Below are positions 53,795 to 64,000 of a stretch of 64,000 nucleotides of DNA, piece by piece. The position numbers were made by a program, and so were the translations under genes. Source of the DNA: Phoronis australis (Eukaryota > Animalia > Phoronida); assembly GCA_002633005.1 (NCBI GenBank), contig NMRA01000051.1, forward strand, positions 296,794-360,793, read 5' to 3'. Position 1 is the stretch's first letter. The number at the start of each line of letters is the position of its first letter. The notes under the pieces are model-generated. The model made no database searches, was not told where the DNA came from, and worked only from the letters and a program-made list of their open reading frames with translations.

Positions 53795-54179
53795 GTACAT
53801 GTAGTTTAGCCTGTAACAAGTTTTAATTCGTAACGGAAATCACTCCGATGGTTAATTTGTTTACAAGGCGAAACTATCGAATTAAGAGAAATGTAGATGA
53901 AAAGCACTAGGCAGTGTTTTCCAGATATAATTGCATCGGTAAATCTTAGCGTACGTGTAGAAAGCAGTGCCCGCTGGCGGCAACACAAAAACTGAAAATC
54001 GAGCATTCTGAATGATAAAGGCTGACTTGCCTCCATCTGCAGGCATGCCAGTAAGTACATGTAAAAGTCGTGCAGATGTCTGCACTCGTTTTATGTAAGG
54101 GGCGATATATTCCGGGGCCTGTATTTGTATAAGATCCAAGAACCATGTGTTTGAGTATAACAATCTGATTATCTTTCAG

Positions 54180-54371
54180 CTGTTATATGCCAACCTCCAG
54201 CAATCGCCCACAGCAACTACACCCACTCTGGGAACAGAAGCATCGTTCTTTGGGGAGACACAATGGAATATAACTGCGACCTTGGCTATGAATTTCCGGA
54301 TTTTACACTAAACAAAACAGCCACATGTGAAGAAGATGAGTCTTGGGATTTAAATATCCCGAACTGTCAAC
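54180..54371 (+). CDS. Sushi/CCP domain 15
   Basis: 192 nt, phase 1-1. VICQPPAIAHS...EYNCDLGYEFPD...TCEEDESWDLNIPNCQ. Confidence 0.93.
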
Positions 54372-54466
54372 GTGAGTAGCGAAAACTAAACAGGTTGAAA
54401 GCTAATTTCGTTTTCTTAGTTGTTGCATGTTAATCGCAATTAGTTTAGCCTGGTTTATAATCGTCA

Positions 54467-54573
54467 TTCTCCTCCCTTCTCCTCCCTCCTCCTCTCCCCT
54501 TCCCCCTCCCCGCCCCTCCTTCCACCAATTCCCCCTCCTCTTCCCTCTCCTGCCTCTTCCCCCCTCCTCTCTC
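54467..54573. repeat. C/T-rich low-complexity polypyrimidine tract
   Basis: About 100 nt almost entirely C and T. Confidence 0.9.
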
Positions 54574-54953
54574 AGTAAGACCTAGAAAGCTGTTCACTGC
54601 TTGACGTGAGCTAAGGGGTTATGTTACTGATACTTGATGCTGCTGGATGAGCGCGGATTGCTCACCGTTCGCACCAAGCTTAGGTGGCAATGAAACTTCG
54701 CGACAACATGAGGAGGGGACTTGGTGTTGGCTGGAGGTGCAAGTTTGACCAAACGTAAGATTGGTGTCATCTTGGGGAATTTTCTCTCTTTTGCTTCGCC
54801 ACAAATCAAGACATATTCCTACCGTAATGAACCAAAAAACTGCACGAGTATGCATTATTACATTTACGGCTGAGGGGCTTAGTAAACGAACTCACTTTCA
54901 GGTTTACAATGTATGTCAATAGAATTTTTGTAAAAGAGCAATTTTTGTTTCAG

Positions 54954-55100
54954 GTATTCAGTGCTTCGTCAATAGCCTGCCACCGTCAAATGCCTCTTTG
55001 GGACAGATGGGAAGGTTCAAGTGCCCTTACAGGGGAGTTATTTTCCCTACGTGTGTTGGAGGAGTTCAACGGTGGAGTGAACCAGTTTCACAATGTTCAG
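54954..55100 (+). CDS. Short 4-Cys module (shortened sushi or HormR-like); may read through to TGA at 55133-55135
   Basis: tttcag acceptor, phase 1. IQCFVNSLPPSNASLGQMGRFKCPYRGVIFPTCVGGVQRWSEPVSQCS then g|gtatc. AATAAA at 55282 and 55291. Confidence 0.8.
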
Positions 55101-55329
55101 GTATCAGGATTTTCCTTCTTACCTGTACAATATGAGGCACCGACACGCCTTACTACTAGACCAGAAACTGTTTATATGCCTTAAAACCGAAAAGCCGTAC
55201 CTTGAGGTTGTCGGTATACAGCCGTTTCGTCCATATCTCACATACTTGGTTTACAACCAAGTGCGCCCTCTTTCGTTGTGGAATAAAAACAATAAAAACA
55301 CCATGAGCGATTCCCTAATGTAGGGGGAA

Positions 55330-55957
55330 TCCCGTAGCAGGTCCGAGTACACTACAGGGAGATCAATTCCAGGAGCTCCGCTCACACTTGGTCTGTGGAC
55401 TTGAATCTCAATAGCCTCTCGTACCCTACGCGTCTACTTATCTAGATGTAGACTTAATACACTGAAGTCCTCATCAGAGACCTGATGATGTACATGTAGA
55501 CCCTTGGCATGTTCTTAATGGGCCTGAGGTTGGGGTTGCGATGGCCCTTAACCCTGGTCGAAAATTGGCGACCTATCTTACTGATATAATTGTCAGTATA
55601 CTCACTACACTTATATTCGTAGATCATATACCACAGTTCTCGAGGGGGTNCATCAATCTGAGGTGGTCTTTCTTTGTTAAGCACATCGAACATCCAATCA
55701 CGATATCGGTTGGCACGTGATGAACGCTTCACTTGACGAATCTCAGCTTCCCCTTCATTCTCACTACAAACAAATTTCTCGGCTCTGTTGAGTAGAAGTC
55801 GTACCACCGACCGTTTATGAGACAGATGGTGATTCGATGCAAAGGTTTTTCTCAGTAATCAGTGCGCCTAGGTTTGCGGTAGGCCTAATCGGAAGTGGCG
55901 ATAGAACCATCATCGTGGCGTTGGATGAGAGTATCGATGAAAGGGAGGGTTTGTCAG
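55330..55957 (-). mobile_element. Penelope-like retroelement fragment (RT C-terminus plus GIY-YIG)
   Basis: LPFIDTLI...YRKP...SNHHLSHKRSVVRLLLNRAE...YEYKC...YISKIGRQFSTRVKGH. Confidence 0.85.
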
Positions 55958-55959
55958 GG

Positions 55960-56490
55960 GAAGCGAGCAAGCTAGCCAACGGACATCGGGACTGGATGTT
56001 CGATGTGTGTAACGAGAAACGATCACGTCAGAGCGACCCCCTTATCCTCCGATCACCAATTTCCTGGGGGTATTCCTTAAGCCAGAGATGTCTCCTAAAG
56101 GATTCAGACTATTTACCTCAAACACAACATCAAATCGTTTCATAAGTCGTTTAAAACTTTCGGTACATCCTCTCATCAATAAAAGATGTGTCACTCCCCT
56201 CTAGAGGCGTAGTGTGCTCCATGAATATAAGTGTGGTGAGAGTACTGGTAACTATAGCAGTGAGACGGGTCGCCATTTATCGACCAGGGTTAAGGATCAT
56301 CGCAACCCCAACCTCAGACCCATTTCTGCTATTCAAGGACATGCCAGGGATCCATATCACCAGGTCTCTGATCAATATTTCAGCATATCAAGTTTACATA
56401 CAGATAAGTGGACGAGCAGGATACGGGATGCTATTGAGATTCCAGTCCATTGGCCAAATCTGAACAAAGATCCTGCTACGCCATTCCCAG
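55960..56490 (+). mobile_element. Second Penelope-like fragment (GIY-YIG), inverted relative to the first
   Basis: ANGHRDWMF...HEYKC...YSSETGRHLSTRVKDH...SAIQGH...RIRDAIEI...PNLNKD. Confidence 0.85.
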
Positions 56491-56625
56491 CGACATTAGG
56501 GGATCCTTCATGGTGTTTTAGTGTTTTTATTTCACAACGAAAGTGGGTACATCTGGTGGTGAACCAAGTCCGTGAGACATGGACGAACGGCTGGACACCG
56601 ACAACCTCAAGTTACGGCTTTTCAG

Positions 56626-56724
56626 TTCCAATGGGATCTTTATTTCAAAGTCATCTTTATTTAATAATATGTGCAGTAGTATTGTTTACTGTGGGTAATG
56701 GAAAGATGGTCCATAGCGTGAAAG
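56626..56724 (+). CDS. Candidate exon encoding a hydrophobic segment (signal peptide of a downstream gene, or membrane anchor of the sushi gene)
   Basis: ttttcag acceptor, aag|gtaagt donor, 99 nt, phase 1-1. (VP)MGSLFQSHLYLIICAVVLFTVGNGKMVHSVK. Confidence 0.55.
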
Positions 56725-56988
56725 GTAAGTATCCATACGAATGCATCACCTCCATTTCTAGCGCACCTGCACAGAAAAATAAGCGATTTCTAACCATGGG
56801 AAACTTGATCAAGAACTCAAGCTTGGACATTACTTGTCGCGTTGATTTAAGAGGAAAGCTTGAGAACGGTAGGTATGGGCGGCTTGCAAACTTCTGTCAT
56901 GTGCTGCTGCTGTGAATGAAGTCGGCGAGCCTGTACGTTATGCATGAGAAAGTACGTGTCATAGCCGCGGTGGTATACAGTGTACATG

Positions 56989-57620
56989 TATGGAACGCCC
57001 TTAGCTTCGCCTCGTGATTAGTCAGTTGGACGAGCCCGACAGCTTCTTACGAGTCAGTTTCATTTGACGAGTAGCACACTTTAAAGTCACTGTCGTCGAA
57101 ACCGGAGGTACGTGCGTGAAAAGCATTTTCAGAAAAAACAATCGTTCCAAGAATCTGTTGAAGGAAAAAATCAACATGTTCCTTCAACCTTCTTGGCGAG
57201 ATAAATTTTCGCCCGTCCAATCACAAGTATTAATGTTAACATTTGGATAATGTTAGTGTACGCGTAAACTTATCTCCCATGTCATTGGAGGTGAACATAA
57301 CACGTTTGGCTACTCATGTCTTATCACATGTAAAGCCAACATCCATTGTATCGACGTACATTAGTACATCTATTTCGCGTGTTACTTGTCCAAATGAGTT
57401 GAAACAGTATGTGATGGCAAGGGCGTTCCATGGTGATGTTTGTGGTCGGCTGCAAAGTGTGTGATATGTCGGGATGCAACGTGAAACACAAATTGAATAC
57501 AAATAACACGAAATGTTTAGTTCGTTGCAGGAGATTGAACTTTTGATTCATGATCCGAACACCAGCTTCGATATTGGTTCCACGTCTCATCGACTCATTC
57601 ACAAAGTCATGCAAGCATCA
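56989..57620 (+). mobile_element. Left end of a diverged relative of the IS3EU-like element
   Basis: Starts TATGGAACGCCCTTAGC, similar to the TIR at 5772. Right end not identified. Confidence 0.4.
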
Positions 57621-58121
57621 CAGAATAGATTAATTTTATGAAGGCTCTACGTCATGCTATGATCTAAGCGACAATCAAAGCGACGAGAAGGTTTTTGTCT
57701 ATCCTTTTCGCCAAATCATACACTCCTACATAAAAGTCCAAGTACTCTCAAAACATTAACTGCAACATACACTGTACATGTATATGTTCAAAACGTTGTA
57801 ACATTTGATAGAGGTGAGAATTCTTCGCCAAAGAGTTGTCATTAAAATAAGTTACTCAGTGCAGAACTGTTGGCGATTCATTGCGAAGATTGACGCGTAA
57901 TATGACAAAAATTCTATGGGACCCAGATGTGAATTTATGTTAGAAACGCGTTAAATCAGTAAGAGCTTTTGAAATATTAGATTGTGTGTTAACTACATGT
58001 ACTTCTTAGTTTCGTCCGTCCATTGTTTGCGCTTTTTTAGTTTGGTCTCATTAGTCATACTTACATTTAGTTTGTATCTGCCTGTCTGTCTCTGTCAGGT
58101 TTTCTACAGGCTTGTTTTATA

Positions 58122-59398
58122 TTTTATCACATACGCGTTGAATCAGTCGAGTGCAATACGGCCATGTAATAATGTTTTCCGCACTCACCTCCCGAACTAC
58201 TTCAACACTGACCTCTGACAATGAAAGTTCAAAAGGTAGGTCAATGTCGACTCCACGTCCTTAGCTGGTTCGATCATAAAACTTTCCGAAAATAGTTTAA
58301 AGTAATACAGTTGCAAAAGGAAATGACACTCAACTTGCAATCAGCTCCCAATCGTTACATCTGGAACATGACTGTTAATTATATGACAGTTCTCGATTGC
58401 ATGGGCGTAGATGAAGTAATATCCCACTCGACATTATTCCACGTATACGCGGAATAATGTCTGGTGGATATTACTTCATCTAAGCCACTCCAGACATGAT
58501 TCTGCGTATCGACCTTGACCTTCGGTCTCGGTTGATACGCAGAATAAAGTCTCGTGGGATATTACTTCATCTACGCCATTCTCGGCTGGTTTTGTATTTT
58601 TCCCGCTTCGAATTCCCAAGTTTCTTTCATTTTTTCGTCAGATTTTTTTAAATATTAACTCAGACTGTTCACGTGCCGCATCACATCCTATATGTATGTG
58701 CTTGCGTGTTGGGCTGCAAGTTTTCTCTTGTAAAAGAAGCAGTTTTAAATGTAACGATTTATTACTTGAAAAGAGATAACAAAGATAAAAACTACGGTAA
58801 CTGCATTGAATTTGTGACATCTCCTGAAAAAAATTAAATGACACCAATATTTGCTATTGTAATTACCGTGGAATCTGCGCCTGAGTTTCAAACGATATAT
58901 AATATTAAGCAATTGAAAACTGAGACAGAACTGTCATATAATTAACAGTCCTGTGGCCCGTTCCAACAAAACTGACTTAGCTAAGACAAATCTTAAAATT
59001 GAGTAAATTTTAAAATAAAAGTTAAATTTGTCTCAAAATCAAGAAAGAGGTCCTAAGTTTGACTTAAGGCTATTACCTAAGTTTTGTCTTAATTTTGACT
59101 AACTCTCCAAAGGTGGAAGTTTCTAAGTTGGGAAGTTAAGACAAAGCTTAGACTTAAGTCAAAAATGAACTTAGGTCAGTTTTTTGGAACAGACTCCTGT
59201 TCCAGGTGTAACGATTGGGACCTGATTGCATGTTGAGTGTTGTTTACACTGGTGCAATTGCATTACTTTAAACTATTTTCGGAAAGTTTGATGATCGAAC
59301 AGGCTAACGACGTCGAGTTGTAGTGCTGGAGGTGAATACAGGAAACATTGTTACATGGCCGTATTGCACTCGTCTGATTCAACGCGTATGGGATAATA
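58122..59398. mobile_element. Foldback-type element with about 270-bp imperfect inverted arms and an internal multi-hairpin core
   Basis: 58122-58393 is the reverse complement of 58927-59398 once the nested MITE is removed. Palindromes at about 58405-58578. Confidence 0.75.
58954..59196. mobile_element. Harbinger-like MITE with a 3-bp CTG TSD
   Basis: TIRs GTTCCAACAAAACTGAC / GTCAGTTTTTTGGAAC, CTG on both sides, absent from the partner foldback arm. Confidence 0.75.
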
Positions 59399-60517
59399 CT
59401 TCAACTACGCCACTCGCGGTACGTTTTGTGTATTTATTCCACATCTGTAAATACGAACACCCAATAAGCCACGAAATATACCGGAAGAGGCAATCCGAAT
59501 ACAACGGTAGAGGCCATACAGAACTGTTGGTGTGCAGTCTCCTGGCGAAGTAAATTTGTGTGTGATTGGGCTCGTTGATTTGGGTTACTTAAAGCATTGA
59601 TCAAAGGCGTCATTCCTGAAAAAGGCAGTTTTACTGCTTGAAAAACAGGAAAGATTTACCTTTGAAAATTCCGACGGACGGTGATAAGGCTGCTATTTTT
59701 ATGCTTCCCTAGTTTCAATCGCGATTTTCATAAATAGGTCAATTGTCGGCTAAAGAGCATCTTCAACACAATTAGCCAAACATCTAATGGGCCACAAGGT
59801 GGCATTTTTTTCAATGTTTTTGATATAATCTATCAATATACTTTAACACAGAAAACGTTCCATGACATACTCTTGCACATTTTTGAGATATTTGACCTCA
59901 AATGTTTGAAAATCTGACGAAAAATACTTAAAATAGCATGTGACACTCATACAGTAACTGAACATCAGAGAGTTATGGTTGACAGGGTTGAGGTATTTTA
60001 TTCTCATTGGATTCACTATCTGATTCGTAATGCCTTGCCAGAGTCTCATTGTAAGCCAGGAAAACTTCACCTTCGTTTTGCCGGAGTATATAAGATTGTC
60101 AGTTCTGAATTCAGGTTTCCACTTTTACAGCACTTGGTGAGTTGGCTGCTGGAACCTTTCTTCTAAGATTGCTTTCAGAGTAGCCACGCGCAACACTTGA
60201 CAATAAAAAATCAACCGTTAATGGATAAAAACATCTCAAAACGTGTTGAAACAGTGGCGAATCTATGATATCACAAAGGGGACCAACACTCTGTCCGTCT
60301 GTAAGCATTTGCGCAAACCACGATTGTAGATGCGTATAGCACCGAATGGGGAGAGGTCGGGAGGGGGCTTTGCCCTCCCGCCCAGGAAATTTTTCTGTTT
60401 TTTCCTTTAAAAATCAAGCATTTTCCTTGATTCCTGAAGTACTATCCAAGAAAAAAAGGAAATAAAAAAAAACATAAAAAACACGGAGAACGTGTCAAAC
60501 AGGAAACACCGTTTGTA

Positions 60518-60578
60518 CCACAGACTCGAACTCACGACCTGACGGATAAAGCGCGCGTGCTTTACCACTACACCACCA
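60518..60578 (-). mobile_element. tRNA-derived SINE head or tRNA pseudogene
   Basis: A-box TGGTGTAGTGG and B-box GTTCGAGTC. No convincing acceptor stem. Confidence 0.5.
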
Positions 60579-62619
60579 CGATTTAACTACTATCAGGAAG
60601 AGATAACCAGGAAGGGACAACTAGCTAAACCGCCGTTTTTGGCCTCCTTCCCCGGACTAATTTCAGGACTTAAGTTTTGTTTAAAAGGAAACAGATGATT
60701 TTATCAGAGAGATTAAAGTTTTTTCTATAGAAGGATATCAAAAAAACTCACTTTTCAACCTTAAACAGTGGTGTAATTGTACGTTGAAAATATCGACTTC
60801 AGCGCACGCAATCGCAATTTCCCACACGCAGTCACGGGTATTTAAGCTTTTCCGTCGATGTATAGATGGCGCAGTAGTCAAGTACTCCCTCATTTGCATA
60901 TCAAATTTGGATGTGGGAGTTCTGAGACTCTCGTCAGTTTAGTTGTTGTCGAGCGCTTGAGTGAATAAAGCGGTGACCTCCCGCTGAGAGCACGCGCTGA
61001 TGAACATACCACAGCTAAATCGATCGCTTCGCAATCAGGAGGTGAAAACACTTTCATGACCGCAGTTCCGAATTTCCAGCTAAGCAAGCCCTATTTCGAG
61101 GAGCGGATTTGAATTGTTTTCGTCCCCAGACTGTGGATTGCAGAGAAGATTAGAATGAGGTCAACATCGAACTTTCTGCGGCTACCTATCGTGTTGATAG
61201 TTTGAAGTGTCAGAGCCATAGACGGAGCGCGCGGGATGTCTATGATTCCTGTTCTTCTTCAGTAGACGAAAACATTGCTATCGGCATAAAGAATGACCGT
61301 GGGTTATTCATTTTGAGGTGGACACCTGTATTCAAGAATAAATATTAATACTCTGTAATATCTCACCCTCCGCGTTTCATTTCTTTGACGTTGTTTGAGG
61401 TTGCGGTATCGTGAAACAACGCCGTCGGGTGAGAGAAGTTGCACCGAATAACTGGAATTGGCTGCAGTTCTTTCCTTTAGAATGCCCGGACTCAACTGTG
61501 CCATTTTCTTGGCAAGTCTCTTGCCTGCCGAAATCTTTCTGAGCATTGAAGACATCAGCCTTCTCCTGCGCCAATCAACCTTTTATCTGCTACAGAAATG
61601 TTATGCCTAATTTCCTAACATTTTAGCACACTTTGTGGCTCTGCTACAGTTAGCACTGCCATAATCGTATTTCTTAATTCCGCCACAGTATGCCTACTTG
61701 GAATTTAGTTTTGCTAGGTGTTTTTCCAAAGTAAGCCACAACAGTTGTTCATCATTAAATGCCTCAGATTCTTCGACGCCATGGACATTTCCGTCAACAC
61801 AAAACACACCCTTGCCATTCTTAAAAAATCGTATGCTTCGAAGGACCGGCAGTAACCGTGGCTGGAATGTCGGCAGCTTCGCGACTAAGTCTACAGCAAA
61901 CTCCTGTTGAAATTCTCCATACTTCAAAATTCTTGTTTGCAGGTGCTGATAATTGCCTTCAATGGTTTTCATAATAAGAGACTAGAAAGCACTCACGCCC
62001 ACTGGCCTGCTGCCTTACATTTTCACTGGCCACCTTGCTACAGTCGACTTGCGCAATAGCCGAATTAGTGTCCACATTTGTGGTCACGTGCCGGATACAG
62101 GCCCATGAGACAAGTTGCAGAAACAAATTCAGTACGAATCCATAAACCCTCTTACACGCACAATAAAATGCGCAAAACCGCTCCTGTATTTTTTAACCTT
62201 TAATTTAATGCTCAAGCTATACAACGAGTGCGTGTTAAAACACAACATTGACCTTGGACCAACGATGGACTCCTTGCATCAGGACCTTAGTAAACGGGGG
62301 GAGGGCGAGTGCCACCCCCAAAAAATTGCATGCCTCAGGGTTAAACCATGGCAACCGACAAAGGTGTGGCGATGGGGAAAGACAAAAAAGAAAGACTTCG
62401 AATATTGATCAGAGAGAAAACTCAAGAGAACTTTGAAAACGCTCTATCAGTGTATGGTTTACCATTTGAGGGCCCTGACCAGGACAATTGTTGTTAGGGT
62501 CTCCGTTTTTGCAGCATAGGTCGTCTAAGCGCTCTTGAAAATGTGCACTTAACCATTCATATATGTATTTCGAAAACTCGAGAAAATTTGTAAAGCAAAA
62601 ACTTTGCGGAACGTATTAA

Positions 62620-64000
62620 AGGAGCATGCCACCCAAAAACAACCTAATTTGTATAAATTTAGATCGAGTAGTTCTACTCCATAACGGCACGCGCGGTTAA
62701 CCAATGACGTAATTGGTTTCACACGCAGTCTGTTCAGCAGTTCACAACACGGGTTACTGGTGTCAGCTTATCGCTTGAATTCATCGTTTTACACCAATAA
62801 ATCATCAAACTTCGATGTAAAACTCTTAAAAATACACCGAGTTCTTATAAAAACGTGTTGTTTTATTTCGCTGTTACGGATTTATTGGTATTTGGACACG
62901 GCCGTAGCCTACAACAGCTCGGCATTCCAATAAGGTCCGTGGCAGGAGTTTGGGGTCTTTTCGGAGATAAGTTCGAAGTATTTTTCCGTGAGATACAGAC
63001 AGGAGAACCTAGTCTGTGTTGAGTTCTAAACAAGCAAAACGCTCGTTATCCTGGCCAGTGGCTCGGAGCCCGGTCAGGCCCGTCGCGGCCGGCCGGATTG
63101 AGTCGTTATCCCGACCAGTGGCTCGGAAACTGATCAGACATCACGAACATAAACCAGCCAAAGTTGGAAACTAAACTTCTAGTCAGGAAAATACTATACT
63201 AGTGAGCCAAAGTAATGTGCACGTGATTACATGTATGTTGGTGAATTAGCCACGAAACTGCAAATCTACTTACTCGTCGGGGCCGCGAATTCAGGTTCCG
63301 CTTTGTCCACAGCACCGTCAGCATGCGCACACCCAGCCTTCAATATGGGGGGGCTCGAATTTCTGCCGTTGTGGACCTTTTGGTAACAAAAAAGCGGGAG
63401 ATTTAAAAAAACGGGGACACCACTGTGAATTCGCGATTGTGCTTATTTAGAGGACTTTAGTATCATTTTCTCGGACTTTTTGTTTCCCAGAGGCGGACCT
63501 TTTTGCCCACTTCGCCACTTTGGCCTAGCTCGTTCGAGCCCCCGAGCCCCCCTGGGAGCGCGCATGGTCAGGGCAGAAGCTGTACATTGACAATCATTAT
63601 TTGAATAATGTAAATATAAATAAAGCTTCCCCTAACACCTGGCTGTGGGATAGAAATCGAGTTGTTTCACAACAGTTTCTGCTATCTAACACTAAATTAG
63701 CATGAGCTCACACGGCCTCGGTGTCCCGTCAATTAGTTTTATTGCACTTAAAGCCGGAACGCAGTGATTTATTCATTGCTGGCTTCTCAAATCATGTTTG
63801 CACTCAGGAACACTCCAAAGGCATTACAAATTGCATCTAATGAGACACACTTTGTTTCAGTTTTATATAAGTATTGGTTAGGGTGAGAATAATTCATTTT
63901 GAAACAGAACGCTCAGTAATAAACGTCAACATGGCAACTCGCAATCCCCCGCGACTTAGACGAGAGCTCATCAGTCCCTACGAAGACTTCGCAGGTGGAT
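62620..64000. mobile_element. Kolobok-like element, left part of a second copy
   Basis: TTAA|AGGAGCATGCCACC terminus. About 63030-64000 is homologous to 1-720. Confidence 0.75.

Noticed and set aside
29750-55135. Naming the gene as a selectin, furrowed, SVEP1 or CSMD ortholog
   Set aside because: No EGF, vWA, pentraxin or CUB exons are seen, and the domain order differs. Orthology cannot be supported by eye.
56214-56915. 233-aa ORF as a single gene
   Set aside because: It is a chance in-frame run of a Penelope GIY-YIG remnant, intervening sequence and the 56626-56724 exon. The catalytic motif is degenerate.
60518-60578. Functional tRNA gene
   Set aside because: A and B boxes are present, but the acceptor and anticodon stems do not pair convincingly.
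1-64000. The similarity between 1-720 and 63030-64000 as LTRs or a segmental duplication bracketing the window
   Set aside because: The copies are clearly diverged with indels, have TTAA/TIR-type ends, and a third fragment lies at 22705. This fits a dispersed DNA transposon.

Overview
Eukaryotic, AT-rich, intron- and transposon-rich genomic DNA, most likely from an invertebrate animal, with three assembly gaps. The main gene is on the + strand (about 29750-55135) and could be spliced by eye with GT-AG introns and consistent phases. It has a signal-peptide exon, two exons encoding an atypical C-type lectin domain (CTLD), 15 one-exon-per-domain phase-1 sushi/CCP exons and a final short 4-Cys module, about 1140-1150 aa in total. 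A divergently transcribed paralog (signal peptide plus first CTLD exon, same splice phases) lies on the - strand at about 1963-2997. A further signal-peptide/TM-like exon sits at 56626-56724. The rest is nested transposon debris: an 8.8 kb IS3EU-like element with TIRs, a 6-bp TSD and a spliced transposase fragment; Kolobok-like and Sola3-like elements; LOA/R1-like, CR1-like and L1/Tx1 LINE fossils; an inverted Penelope pair; a Helentron-like element carrying CTCF-like motifs; MITEs and tRNA-derived SINEs. The most unexpected signal is the strong excess of TACATGTA, which paired repeat copies show to be 6-bp insertions, consistent with Tc1/mariner excision footprints. All calls are by eye, without database searches, and family names are provisional.
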